Source of the DNA: Polaribacter sp.
GTDB lineage: Bacteria > Bacteroidota > Bacteroidia > Flavobacteriales > Flavobacteriaceae
DNA length: 54,513 nt
NCBI GenBank assembly: GCA_045110395.1
Contig: JBGCFX010000202.1
Location: 1-54,513 of the forward strand
Direction of reading: 5' to 3'
Shown: piece by piece, positions 28,601 to 37,444 of the stretch
Position numbering within the stretch: position 1 is the first letter of the stretch
Layout: each line of letters begins with the position of its first letter
The notes under the pieces: model-generated
Told to the model about the DNA's origin: nothing
What the model saw: the letters and a program-made list of their open reading frames with translations, nothing else
Databases searched by the model: none
Program-made: the position numbers and the translations under genes

Positions 28601-29970
28601 CTTATATAGATAATGTGTTTTTAAGTACAACAATAGCACCTAATGCAGTAAGTATACCAGATGCAAATTTCGAGCAATATTTAATTGATGCCAATATAGA
28701 TTCTGATGCAACTATAAATGGTCAAGTTTTAAAAGTTGATATAGAAAATGTTACGCAAGTTATTGTTAATGACAAGAATATTTCAAATTTAACAGGAATT
28801 CAAGAATTTACAAGCTTAGTTGAATTAAATGCAGCAAATAACCAAATAGCAACAATCGATTTAAGTAAAAACCTGTTATTAGAAAAATTATACATAGCTA
28901 ATAATCAATTATCAAAAATAGATATATCAAAAAACACAAAACTTAAAAACTTAGATGTTGGTGAAAATAGTTTAAAAGAATTAGATGTTCATTTATTATC
29001 AAATTTAGAAACACTTTCTTGTTATAAAAACCAATTAAGTACTATAAATTTAATTTCAAATAAAGAATTGGTGACATTTATTGCGAATGAAAATCAATTA
29101 AAATATGTAGATATTAGAGAAAACAAAAACCTATTTTGGTTAGATGTTGATGACAATTTATTAGAAGATTTAATGCTTAAAAATGAAAATAATTCAAAAA
29201 TAACCACTTTTAGTATCACAGGAAACCCAAATTTAACCTGTATAGAAGTAGATGATGTTAATTTTAGCAATACAAATTGGACTAATAAAGATGCTACAGC
29301 AAATTATTCTACAGATTGTGCACCTTCTAATGATGATTGTGCAAAGGCAATTCCGTTAACTTTTGGGCAGCAAACTCCTGGAGATATAAATAGTGGAAAC
29401 GCAAACAACAACCCAAGTTGTGCAACAGGCACAGTTTTAGCAGACGTTTGGTTTTCTGTTGTTGTACCACAAAGTGGCGAGTTTAGTGTTCAAGGTACTG
29501 GTTTTGGTGGCAATTTAAAATTTGCTATTTATCAAACCTGTGCTAGTTTAGCACCAATTGCTTGTGGAGAAAATATCTCTTTGAAAAACTTAACAGTAGG
29601 CACAAAATTCTACCTAAAAGTTTGGTTAGAATCTGATTCAGGAAAAAACGCAACAAAAATAGAAACTGGTACTTTTACTTTAAAAGCAGAAGAATCTAGT
29701 GTTTTATCTGTGGATAATTTTACAGCAGATAACTCACAATTATTGGTGTATCCAAATCCTGCAAAATCAAGTATTTCAATAGAACTATCTAATAGTTTAA
29801 CTATTGTACAAGTTGAAGTGTATAGTGTTTTAGGTGATAAAATAATTACTCAAAAAGGTTTAAACAAATCAAAAATAGGTATTGATGTTTCTAATTTATC
29901 AACAGGAATTTATTTTATAAAAGCAAAAACAAATAATGGAGTTTTGTCTAAAAAGTTAATTATAAAATAA
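25657..29970 (+). CDS. T9SS-secreted multidomain protein: 14 FG-GAP-like blades, FBA-like domain, LRRs, NDxC..DVWF domain, type A CTD (start corrected to 25657)
   Basis: Signal MKTKLLL..SFT-Q; 14 FG.xVxLSxDGxxLAVG repeats; IPDANFEQYL cap plus LRRs; VYPNPA..GIYFIK..KKLIIK. Confidence 0.9.
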   Translation: MKTKLLLLSLFLATQVSFTQIDVTPNQLKPIEIAKITSTETTSYFGNSISFSNDGSVLAIGESGYGTLDRVSSGRVRVYTNETGIWSQKGQDLIGIEDFFNAFGTKVELSSDGNTLAVYDSQINLTLNAGETLADKYGDLAPQYFPYIQVYQFINEAWVKVGADFLWDDVLDVVDMSLSGNGTSIAIAGKTGTKTYELIANTWNQTGQEIPARDQIYNEKVDLSADGKTLIIGDSHFSESNNQNPSWEGQVKVYEYNSTTWTQLGNTIKGAINLGLFGSEVSIAADGKTIAVLASQISNDDYIAVLEFTGGNWVSKGTNIQQKNAEITSMQLSGDGNAIVIGETLSARVLKYNTDWEQVNVAAEGDNNTDGFGKAVTISANGNVFAVGAPNSSNGYVSIFNHNKNSATRFGDEIYGYGDYDKLGSSVAVSGNGNIIAMGAEGNYNDNGTYRFGHVRIFEKTNNGLEQIGVDLRNTTDFDSGAFGSEVSLNEDGTLLAIAASYLGTSNNGAVYVYQRNGDTWDPIGNIITDPKGDRTGSSLAFSDDGSILAVGSGTNPTGGSTTNYKGFTTIYKYNNTNNLWEVLGQQILGEATRDYSGASIDLSGDGTIVAIGAYGNDGETTNGGHGHARVFKFVNNSWEQMGEDVDGNADFNINFGGVVTLSNDGKTLIVSDLSSQTSAGSVEIFNWNNNTSLWEHEVQLKSFKSSGTNNFHRYKFGSSTAISNNKKVLIVGETENVQGKVYVYVKNETGTWVENDLFLKGTKKSGQYFGNDVSLSSNGNTLVVGSERHNQKGTQTGMATVYHLNLCSSVEGFEVFDGVENYPLSTSNNLVINGSAEILPITENGWTTVSGKWEWPIRNVQGVPAKYGHKYFKTTISGAAEIYQDVDVSSFSTSVDAGNQYFYFSAYLQSFQVNSVEDDSQVIVEYRDISGNVLATYDTGLSQITEDWTLFKDTRLAPIGTKIIRVRLKAINNNQFRAPLAYIDNVFLSTTIAPNAVSIPDANFEQYLIDANIDSDATINGQVLKVDIENVTQVIVNDKNISNLTGIQEFTSLVELNAANNQIATIDLSKNLLLEKLYIANNQLSKIDISKNTKLKNLDVGENSLKELDVHLLSNLETLSCYKNQLSTINLISNKELVTFIANENQLKYVDIRENKNLFWLDVDDNLLEDLMLKNENNSKITTFSITGNPNLTCIEVDDVNFSNTNWTNKDATANYSTDCAPSNDDCAKAIPLTFGQQTPGDINSGNANNNPSCATGTVLADVWFSVVVPQSGEFSVQGTGFGGNLKFAIYQTCASLAPIACGENISLKNLTVGTKFYLKVWLESDSGKNATKIETGTFTLKAEESSVLSVDNFTADNSQLLVYPNPAKSSISIELSNSLTIVQVEVYSVLGDKIITQKGLNKSKIGIDVSNLSTGIYFIKAKTNNGVLSKKLIIK

Positions 29971-29998
29971 AAAATTAAACTTCATAAAAAAGCAGCTG

Positions 29999-31453
29999 TT
30001 ACTTTAAAGGAATTTCTAAAATTACTTTAGTACCAGTTGCTTTGTTTTTTTCATCAACCAAATCTATATAAGTAATAGCATAGTTATTTTTAAAATTCTT
30101 TACAAAATTATCTAATCTATCTTTAGTTAAACTAATACCTACAGCCCCTCTTTTTATCGATTTCTCTGACTTTATTTTTGCAGATGCAATTCTCCCTATT
30201 CCATTATCTTCAATATTAATTTGAATAAAGATCTCTGTAGTTTTTTGTATGTTTAACAGTATTTTTTTATCATTTTTTTTAGATGATAAGCCATGCCATA
30301 ATGCGTTTTCTAAAAAAGGTTGTAAAATTAGTGGAGGTAATTTTGTAGTTTGTAGGTTTATGTTTTCATCAACAATAACTTGAAAATCTATTTCATTAGA
30401 GAAACGAATATTTTCTATAGTCATATACAAATCCATTGTTTCTAATTCTTCGCTTAAAGTAGATTCTTTTTGTTTAGAAGCTTCTAATATTTTTCGAATC
30501 AACTTAGAGAATTTATTCAAATAATGTGAAGCTTTTTTGGGTTCATTATTAATAATGTGCAATTTAATAGAGTTTAGCGCATTAAAAATAAAATGAGGAT
30601 TCATTTGAGTTAGTAAACTTGTAAGTTTTAACTCATTTATTTGTTTTTCGTAAAGGTTTTGAACTTCTGTTATTTTTTGAGTTTCAATTTTTTCTGATAA
30701 CTTCTCATTTAAACGATCTTTTAAAACTTCATTTTTTTGTAATTCTGCAATTAAAAGCGAATTGTAATTATTACTTTCTTGTCTATAAATATGATATTTA
30801 TACCCCAAACCAATAGACAAAGTAATAGCTTCTAATAAAACACCTATCATAAAAAAATCTATAGGTCTTATAAATTTTATAGGATAATTTTCTGAAATTA
30901 CAGATAAATAAAGCGCTAAAACAGAAAAACCTAAAAAGAAAATTAAGCCTACAACAAAAAACTTGTTTATTTTATCTTTAAACTTATAAATCGCCTTTAA
31001 GAAAAAGTACACAAAAAGTAAAGAAATTGGCGTAAAGACAAACATAAAAAAACGTGCTATATATTTCATTTCTAGAAAGAACAAATCAATAATAAAAAAG
31101 AACGTGCTAAAAATGGTTGTTATTAAAATGTAAAACGAAATTTGTTTTGCTAATTTTAAGTCTTTGTTTTTTAAGTTTAGAAAATGAATAGCAAAACAAG
31201 AATATAACATCCAATACCAAATCTGAATCACCCAATTAAAACTCGTAAAAAAATAATCAAAGTTTTCTGATAAATAATTAGAACTAGTATTTATTGTTCT
31301 TGGTATTAAATAAACTGCTACTAAAAATAAATAGGCAGCATACATTACAAAACTCTTGTCTTTGGTAAAAAAGTATGAAGTTGTATGGTATGCTATTAAA
31401 ATAAATAACATGCCTTGTAACCAAGAAGAAAAATCTAGAAAAAAGAGTTCCAT
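29999..31453 (-). CDS. LytS/YehU-type sensor histidine kinase with 7TM input domain
   Basis: Seven TM segments (7TM-DISM-like), QMNPHFIFNALNSI H-box, LQPFLENALWHG, EDNGIG. Confidence 0.9.
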   Translation of the reverse strand: MELFFLDFSSWLQGMLFILIAYHTTSYFFTKDKSFVMYAAYLFLVAVYLIPRTINTSSNYLSENFDYFFTSFNWVIQIWYWMLYSCFAIHFLNLKNKDLKLAKQISFYILITTIFSTFFFIIDLFFLEMKYIARFFMFVFTPISLLFVYFFLKAIYKFKDKINKFFVVGLIFFLGFSVLALYLSVISENYPIKFIRPIDFFMIGVLLEAITLSIGLGYKYHIYRQESNNYNSLLIAELQKNEVLKDRLNEKLSEKIETQKITEVQNLYEKQINELKLTSLLTQMNPHFIFNALNSIKLHIINNEPKKASHYLNKFSKLIRKILEASKQKESTLSEELETMDLYMTIENIRFSNEIDFQVIVDENINLQTTKLPPLILQPFLENALWHGLSSKKNDKKILLNIQKTTEIFIQINIEDNGIGRIASAKIKSEKSIKRGAVGISLTKDRLDNFVKNFKNNYAITYIDLVDEKNKATGTKVILEIPLK

Positions 31454-31456
31454 AAT

Positions 31457-33379
31457 TTAATTTGTGGGTATTTTAAGCCCCACTTTTGTACCTAAAGGGT
31501 TTTTGTTTTCATCTACTAAATCATTAAAAACTAAGCTAAAAGGATGTTTAAAATCTTTGATAAAATTATTTAATCTTTCTTTAGTTAAATGAATACCTAT
31601 AGATTTTCTTTGAATAACTTTATTCGATTTTATTTTTGCGGATGCTTTTCTGCCAATTCCATTATCTGTAATATCTATCTGAATAAAATCTTTGGAAGGT
31701 TTAAAAACAGATAAAACAATATTTTTTTCTCCTTTTTTAGAAGACAATCCATGCCATAAAGCATTTTCTAAAAAAGGTTGCAAAACTAAAGGTGGTACTT
31801 TTATAGATGATACATCAAGAGTCTGATCAACATTAATTTCATAGTTAATTTCGTTAGAAAAACGGATATTTTCTATATTCATATACAGATCCATCGTTTC
31901 TAATTCCTCTTGTAAAGAAACTTCTTTTAAAGTAGATGATTCTAGTATTTTTCTTACCAATTTAGAGAATTTATTCAAATAATGAACCGCATTTTTCTTC
32001 TCGTTATTTATAATATAATGTTTAATAGAATTTAAGGCATTAAATATAAAATGCGGATTCATCTGCGTGCGTAAAACATCTTGCTCTAAGGTTAAAATCT
32101 TTTTTTGATTTTCTAACAAACGTTGTCTGTAGAGGAAATATAAAACAGCCAACAAAAGCATTAAACTAACAAGAATAATAACCCAGATATTTCTATTTTC
32201 TATAAGTTGTAATTGGGCAATTTTATTTTGTTCTGCTAAACTTTTTATCTCGTTATTTTGTCGTTCACTGTCGTACTTAATAATTAAATCGTTTACATAT
32301 TGAATGGTTCTTTCGTTAGAAATTTTACCTTCGAACTTTTCAGAAATCTTATAATATTTCAACGCATTTTTATAGTCATTTTTACTTTGGTATAATTCAG
32401 AAAAATGACTGTAAGCATAAGATAAAGCAGAAGCAAAATCATATTTTTTTGCGATTTCAAGCCCTTTATTCAGGTTTTTTTCAGCCTCAGAAAACTGTTT
32501 TAATCTAGATTGTGCCCAACCTAAGTTTAAATATTCGTAAGCAAGATATTCTTTATTCCCAAATTTTTCTGCGGTTTGTAAATTCTCTTTAATTAAGACT
32601 AAAGCTTTTTCAGGTTCTCCTTGTTTTATATACATATTTGCAATACTACTTTTGCAAATAATTAAGCCATAAGTATTGTTTATTCTGTTGTTTATTTCTA
32701 AAGATTTTTTAAAATACTCTAGAGCTTCATCACTTTTACCTTGTGCATTTTTTGCATAGCCAATGTTTTGATAATTAATGGCTAAGCCTAATTCATTATG
32801 AATGCTCCTTTCTATTTCTTGCGATTTTTTAAAACGTTCTATGGCTAAATCATACTGTTTTAAAAGCAAGTAAATATTACCCATACTATTTAAAGAAACA
32901 GCAATACTTCTTCGCAAACCCAAACTCGGTTTTTCTACAGTTTCTGCAAGAGATAAAGCTTCATGATTATAATCTAAAGCAGTTCTGTTAGCGTCAATTT
33001 TTCTATAATCTACACCTAACATATTTAAGCTAAAAACACGAAATTCTATGCTATTGGCTCTTTTTGCAGTTTCTAAAGCGTTTTTATGTGTTGCAATTGC
33101 TTTTTTGTATAAAGAATAGTTTCTGTATCTAATTCCTAAAAGATTTTCTACATAGGTTTTACCATCTAAATAATTGTTTGTTTCAAAAGTAATTACGAGT
33201 TCTTTTAGTTTGGTTGTATCTCTTCTAAAAGGTCTTAAAAAAGAATTAATACCTTTATAAGTAATTGGTTTTACTTTTAAAATACTGTCTATTTGCGTTT
33301 TAAAATCAGGTTTTTGTTGTTGTCCATTTATAATAAAAGTACAACTAAGAAAAAGCAATAATGCAAGGGCTCTTAACAT
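31457..33379 (-). CDS. LytS-type sensor histidine kinase with periplasmic TPR input domain
   Basis: Signal peptide, TPRs (SLNSMGNIY, NYQNIGY), one TM, QMNPHFIFNALNSI, ENALWHG, DNGIG. Confidence 0.92.
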   Translation of the reverse strand: MLRALALLLFLSCTFIINGQQQKPDFKTQIDSILKVKPITYKGINSFLRPFRRDTTKLKELVITFETNNYLDGKTYVENLLGIRYRNYSLYKKAIATHKNALETAKRANSIEFRVFSLNMLGVDYRKIDANRTALDYNHEALSLAETVEKPSLGLRRSIAVSLNSMGNIYLLLKQYDLAIERFKKSQEIERSIHNELGLAINYQNIGYAKNAQGKSDEALEYFKKSLEINNRINNTYGLIICKSSIANMYIKQGEPEKALVLIKENLQTAEKFGNKEYLAYEYLNLGWAQSRLKQFSEAEKNLNKGLEIAKKYDFASALSYAYSHFSELYQSKNDYKNALKYYKISEKFEGKISNERTIQYVNDLIIKYDSERQNNEIKSLAEQNKIAQLQLIENRNIWVIILVSLMLLLAVLYFLYRQRLLENQKKILTLEQDVLRTQMNPHFIFNALNSIKHYIINNEKKNAVHYLNKFSKLVRKILESSTLKEVSLQEELETMDLYMNIENIRFSNEINYEINVDQTLDVSSIKVPPLVLQPFLENALWHGLSSKKGEKNIVLSVFKPSKDFIQIDITDNGIGRKASAKIKSNKVIQRKSIGIHLTKERLNNFIKDFKHPFSLVFNDLVDENKNPLGTKVGLKIPTN

Positions 33380-33389
33380 AGAATATGGG

Positions 33390-34124
33390 TTAAAGTTTTT
33401 CTAAAAATTCAGATTTACGTTGTCTAGAAACTGGTATTTTTGCATTGTTTTCTAAAACTACATACCCATCAGATTTCAGAAACTCTTTAATTTTATTAAG
33501 GTTGATAATAAAAGAATTATGAATTCTAAAAAAATAATCTGTAGGTAATAATTCGTTAATTTCTTTCAACTTTTTTGTAACCACAATTTTTTTGTTATTT
33601 GATAAATAAAGTGTGGAATAATTACCATCAGATTCTGCATAAAAAATATCATTAGGTTCTAAAAAAACTAATTTTCCATCTGTATTTATGGTAATTTTTT
33701 TGTGATGCCTTTTGTTGTTAAATTTTAGTAAAATATCTTCAAATTTATCTGTACTAAAACCTTTTGTAAGGTGTTTTTTAATTTTAGAAATGGTTTCTCT
33801 TAAATCGTCTGTATCTATTGGTTTTAGCAAATAATCTATGGCTTCTTTTTTTAAGGCAGTTATGGCATATTCATTATAAGCAGTAGTAATTACAACTGCA
33901 AAATCTTTTTTTTCTAACTTTTCTAAAAACTGAAAACCATCCATAGTTGGCATTTCTATATCTAAAAAAAGACAATCTATTTTAGAAGATTTTAAATAAG
34001 GTATGGCTTTTTCTGGTTCTGTAAATGTGGCAATTACTTCTAATTCGTCTTCAAAATTAGAAAGTTCCCAAGTTAAGCTTTGAATGGCTTTAGGTTCATC
34101 ATCAATAATAACAGCTTTAATCAT
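33390..34124 (-). CDS. LytTR-family response regulator (start corrected to ATG 34124)
   Basis: AVIIDDE, FLDIEMP, DYLLKP, FFRIHNSFIIN, IPVSR; the TTG at 34142 lies inside the -7 box TAACTTTG (34140-34147). Confidence 0.95.
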   Translation of the reverse strand: MIKAVIIDDEPKAIQSLTWELSNFEDELEVIATFTEPEKAIPYLKSSKIDCLFLDIEMPTMDGFQFLEKLEKKDFAVVITTAYNEYAITALKKEAIDYLLKPIDTDDLRETISKIKKHLTKGFSTDKFEDILLKFNNKRHHKKITINTDGKLVFLEPNDIFYAESDGNYSTLYLSNNKKIVVTKKLKEINELLPTDYFFRIHNSFIINLNKIKEFLKSDGYVVLENNAKIPVSRQRKSEFLEKL

Positions 34125-34257
34125 TGTAGTCAATTTTATCAAAGTTAAAATTTATTTCTCAATTATACTTTATAGTTGTACAAATTGAGAACAATCTCTT
34201 ATAACCTGCTTTTTTTTGATGATAATTGGTTTGTTTAATGCTAAAATTAACTCAAAC

Positions 34258-34327
34258 CCATTTATACAGAAAACTTAACCAAGCATACAAAGGTTCTTTT
34301 TTAAAATTGAATTTTACCCAACATTTG
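34258..34327 (+). promoter_or_regulatory. Putative LytTR binding site with weak -7 element (cargo promoter 2)
   Basis: TATACA at 34263 and CATACA at 34284 (21-bp period); AACATTTG at 34320-34327. Confidence 0.75.
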
Positions 34328-34360
34328 CAACATAAAATTATTGCCTAAAAAATTAAAACT

Positions 34361-36616
34361 ATGAAAACAAAATTACTCATCATCTTATTTTTTGCTACTA
34401 CAAGTTTAATAAGTGCTCAAAAAACATTAATACCAGATGCTAAATTCGAACAATACTTAATTCAGAGTAATATAGATTCTGATGGAACTGTTAATGGAGA
34501 AGTATTAACTGCAGATATTTCTGGTGTAAAACAAATAGATATTTCATTAAGAAATATAACAGACTTAACAGGACTTCAAAATTTTACTTCTTTAACGTAT
34601 TTAAATGCTTTTGAAAATAAACTAACAAGCATAAATGTTAGTCAAAATACTAATTTAGAACAATTGTATTTAACAGGTAATAAACTAACAAGTATAGATG
34701 TTTCTAACAATGTTAAGTTAATTCAACTAAGTGTTTCAGATAATTTATTAACCTCAATAGATGTTTCTAAAAATGTAAAATTAGAGTCTTTAAGCTTAAC
34801 AATAAACCAATTAACAACTTTAGATGTTTCTAATAATATAAAATTAACTAGTTTAAAATGTGGTAGTAATAATATTAATAATCTAAATGTTAACAATGTA
34901 ATAGATTTAGAGGAACTCTGGGTTCCTGAAAATAAACTTTCTCAACTAGATATTTCTGGTAGTACAAAACTTAAAAGTATTAATGCAGGTGAAAATGATT
35001 TAACTACAATAGATTTGTCTAACCATTTAGTTTTAGAAAATGTAAGTTTTAATGACAATAAATTAACCGAATTAAATATTAAAAATGGAAATAACGTTAA
35101 TATTACCACTTTTAGAAGCGATAGAAATTTCGATTTATCTTGTATAAAAGTAGATGATGCAAATTATAGTGCAAATAACTCAGGTTGGACTAAACATTTT
35201 GAAAGCACCTATTTAGAAACTTGTGGAGAAGGTACTTTTATACCAGATGCAAATTTTGAATTGTATATTGAATCTTTAGGATTAGGAAATGGTATTAATG
35301 ATGATAAATATGTAGATACAAATAAAATTTTAGCACTTACAACATTAGATATTTCGAATAGAAATATAAGTAATGCAGAGGGTTTACAAGATTTTGTTGC
35401 ATTAACAAGCTTAAATGTTTCTAGAAACCAAATAACAACAATAAATGTAAGTAAATTAATAAATTTAGAAGAATTTGTGTGTTTTGATAATAAACTAAAA
35501 AGTTTAGATGTATCTAAAAATACAGCCCTTAAAACTCTAAATTTTGGTAAAAATGAAATCTCAGAAATAGATGTTAAAAAATTAACAGAATTAGATCGTT
35601 TATTTGCATTTAATAATAAATTAACAGAATTAGATGTATCAAAAAACACAAAATTAGAAGTTTTAAATTGTAGCACAAATCTATTAGAAAGTTTAAATGT
35701 ATATTCTAATATTAACCTAGAAAATATAGATGCATTTGAAAATAAGTTAAGTTTTTTTGACATTCAAAAGAATATAAAACTAATTAACCTAAGCATTAAT
35801 GATAATGAACTAATTGGGTTAAACCTTAAAAACGCTAACAACACAAAAATTGAGTTTATTTTTATAAATAACAACCCAAATTTAACTTGTATAGAGGTAG
35901 ATGATATTGCATACAGCAATACAAATTGGACTCATAAAGATGCACAATCTACTTTTTCTAGAGATTGTACACCAGTAAATGATAATTGTGCAAATGCAAT
36001 TCCGTTAACTTTTGGGCAGCAAACTCCTGGAGATGTAAATAGTGGAAATTCTAATAACAATGCAACTTGTGTAACAGGTACTGTAATTGCAGATGTTTGG
36101 TTTTCTTTTAATGTGCCAAAATCTGGTGAGTTTAGTGTAGAAGGAACTGGTTTTGGTGGCGAACTTAAATTTGCGGTTTACGAAAACTGTACAACAGCTA
36201 TGACACTTGCTTGTGGTAAAAACATATCTTTAAAAAACTTAACAAGTGGCTCTGAGTTGTATTTAAAAGTATGGATAGAAGCAGCTTCTGGTAAAAATGC
36301 GACAAAGATAGAAACAGGAACCTTTACAATTAAAGCAGAAGAAACAAGTGTTTTATCTGTAGAAAATTTCGAGGAATTAGGAAATCAGTTTTTATTGTAT
36401 CCAAATCCTGCAGAAGCAAATTTTACAATTTCATCAACAAAAAATACCATACAAAATATAGAAATATTTAATGTTTTGGGTAAAAAAGTGTGGAGTAAAA
36501 GTGTGAAAAATCAATCTAAAATAAATATAAACTCAGCAGATTTATCAAAAGGAATTTATATGATAAAAGTTAATTCTGATAACAAAATAATCTCTAAAAA
36601 ATTAATAATCAATTAA
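34361..36616 (+). CDS. T9SS-secreted leucine-rich-repeat protein (two LRR modules, NDxC..DVWF domain, type A CTD)
   Basis: Signal ..ISA-Q; two IPDAxFE caps, 21-aa NxLTxLDVSxN repeats, LYPNPA..GIYMIK..KKLIIN. Confidence 0.92.
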   Translation: MKTKLLIILFFATTSLISAQKTLIPDAKFEQYLIQSNIDSDGTVNGEVLTADISGVKQIDISLRNITDLTGLQNFTSLTYLNAFENKLTSINVSQNTNLEQLYLTGNKLTSIDVSNNVKLIQLSVSDNLLTSIDVSKNVKLESLSLTINQLTTLDVSNNIKLTSLKCGSNNINNLNVNNVIDLEELWVPENKLSQLDISGSTKLKSINAGENDLTTIDLSNHLVLENVSFNDNKLTELNIKNGNNVNITTFRSDRNFDLSCIKVDDANYSANNSGWTKHFESTYLETCGEGTFIPDANFELYIESLGLGNGINDDKYVDTNKILALTTLDISNRNISNAEGLQDFVALTSLNVSRNQITTINVSKLINLEEFVCFDNKLKSLDVSKNTALKTLNFGKNEISEIDVKKLTELDRLFAFNNKLTELDVSKNTKLEVLNCSTNLLESLNVYSNINLENIDAFENKLSFFDIQKNIKLINLSINDNELIGLNLKNANNTKIEFIFINNNPNLTCIEVDDIAYSNTNWTHKDAQSTFSRDCTPVNDNCANAIPLTFGQQTPGDVNSGNSNNNATCVTGTVIADVWFSFNVPKSGEFSVEGTGFGGELKFAVYENCTTAMTLACGKNISLKNLTSGSELYLKVWIEAASGKNATKIETGTFTIKAEETSVLSVENFEELGNQFLLYPNPAEANFTISSTKNTIQNIEIFNVLGKKVWSKSVKNQSKININSADLSKGIYMIKVNSDNKIISKKLIIN

Positions 36617-36664
36617 ATAAAAACCACTATGAAAACAGTAAAAATCAATTTAAAAACAACCACT

Positions 36665-37378
36665 ATGAAAAAAATATTGAATCTATTCTTATTAGCAACA
36701 GTAGTCTTTTTTACATCTTGTAGCAGTAATGATGATGCTATTGTAAATGAAGAACTTTCTGAAAAAGTAATGCAAGATTTTGCAAAAAACATTAGTAGTC
36801 TAACAGTGCCTAGTACTATGAAAAATTCTAGCAATACCTACGCACAACAGGCCAGTTCTCAATTTACGGCTTTGCAGAGTTTAGCAGGCTCATTTACAGG
36901 TTTTTTTACAGTACCAGCCAATGCAGTTGCTGCAAAAAGTAATGCTAAATCTAAAACAGTATCAAAAGCAATTGTTCTAAATTCTAAAACCTATACTTGG
37001 TCTGCAGATGGTGTAACAATTACCTACACAATATCAGAACAATCAGACAGATATACTTTTGCTTACACAATTGCATCAGCAGAAATTACAGGTAAAGTAA
37101 TGGATGGTTACCAACTAAAAGATGGTAGTTATGCAGAAGTAACTTTATATGATGATAATACAGAAACAGCTAAAATAAAATGGACTATAAATGATGATAT
37201 TACCAAAATTGAAGTAACATCAGATAGTATTAAATACGTTTTAGAATCTAACACAGCTAACAATTCTGGTAATTTAAAACTATATGAATCTAGCACACTA
37301 ACAGCTTCTTATGTATGGAGTTCAGATGGATCAGGAACGTTTACAAATCACATATCAGGAAAAACATATACTTGGTAA
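36665..37378 (+). CDS. Hypothetical lipoprotein, probably surface-exposed (alternative in-frame start at 36629)
   Basis: MKKILNLFLLATVVFFTS-C followed by acidic SSNDD, resembling the Bacteroidetes lipoprotein export signal; beta-rich C-terminus. Confidence 0.8.
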   Translation: MKKILNLFLLATVVFFTSCSSNDDAIVNEELSEKVMQDFAKNISSLTVPSTMKNSSNTYAQQASSQFTALQSLAGSFTGFFTVPANAVAAKSNAKSKTVSKAIVLNSKTYTWSADGVTITYTISEQSDRYTFAYTIASAEITGKVMDGYQLKDGSYAEVTLYDDNTETAKIKWTINDDITKIEVTSDSIKYVLESNTANNSGNLKLYESSTLTASYVWSSDGSGTFTNHISGKTYTW

Positions 37379-37444
37379 AATAAATGGGGAGAAAGTAAGA
37401 ATCACAATTATTAAATTAGGGGTTAATATGGGTAATTGTGTAAG

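Noticed and set aside
34156-34191. Inverted repeat TTCTCAATT/AATTGAGAA upstream of the LytTR gene
   Set aside because: 9-bp AT-rich arms can occur by chance; no second copy found.
29347-36034. Diversity-generating retroelement (TR/VR pair)
   Set aside because: No reverse transcriptase; both copies are coding and the differences are not adenine-specific.
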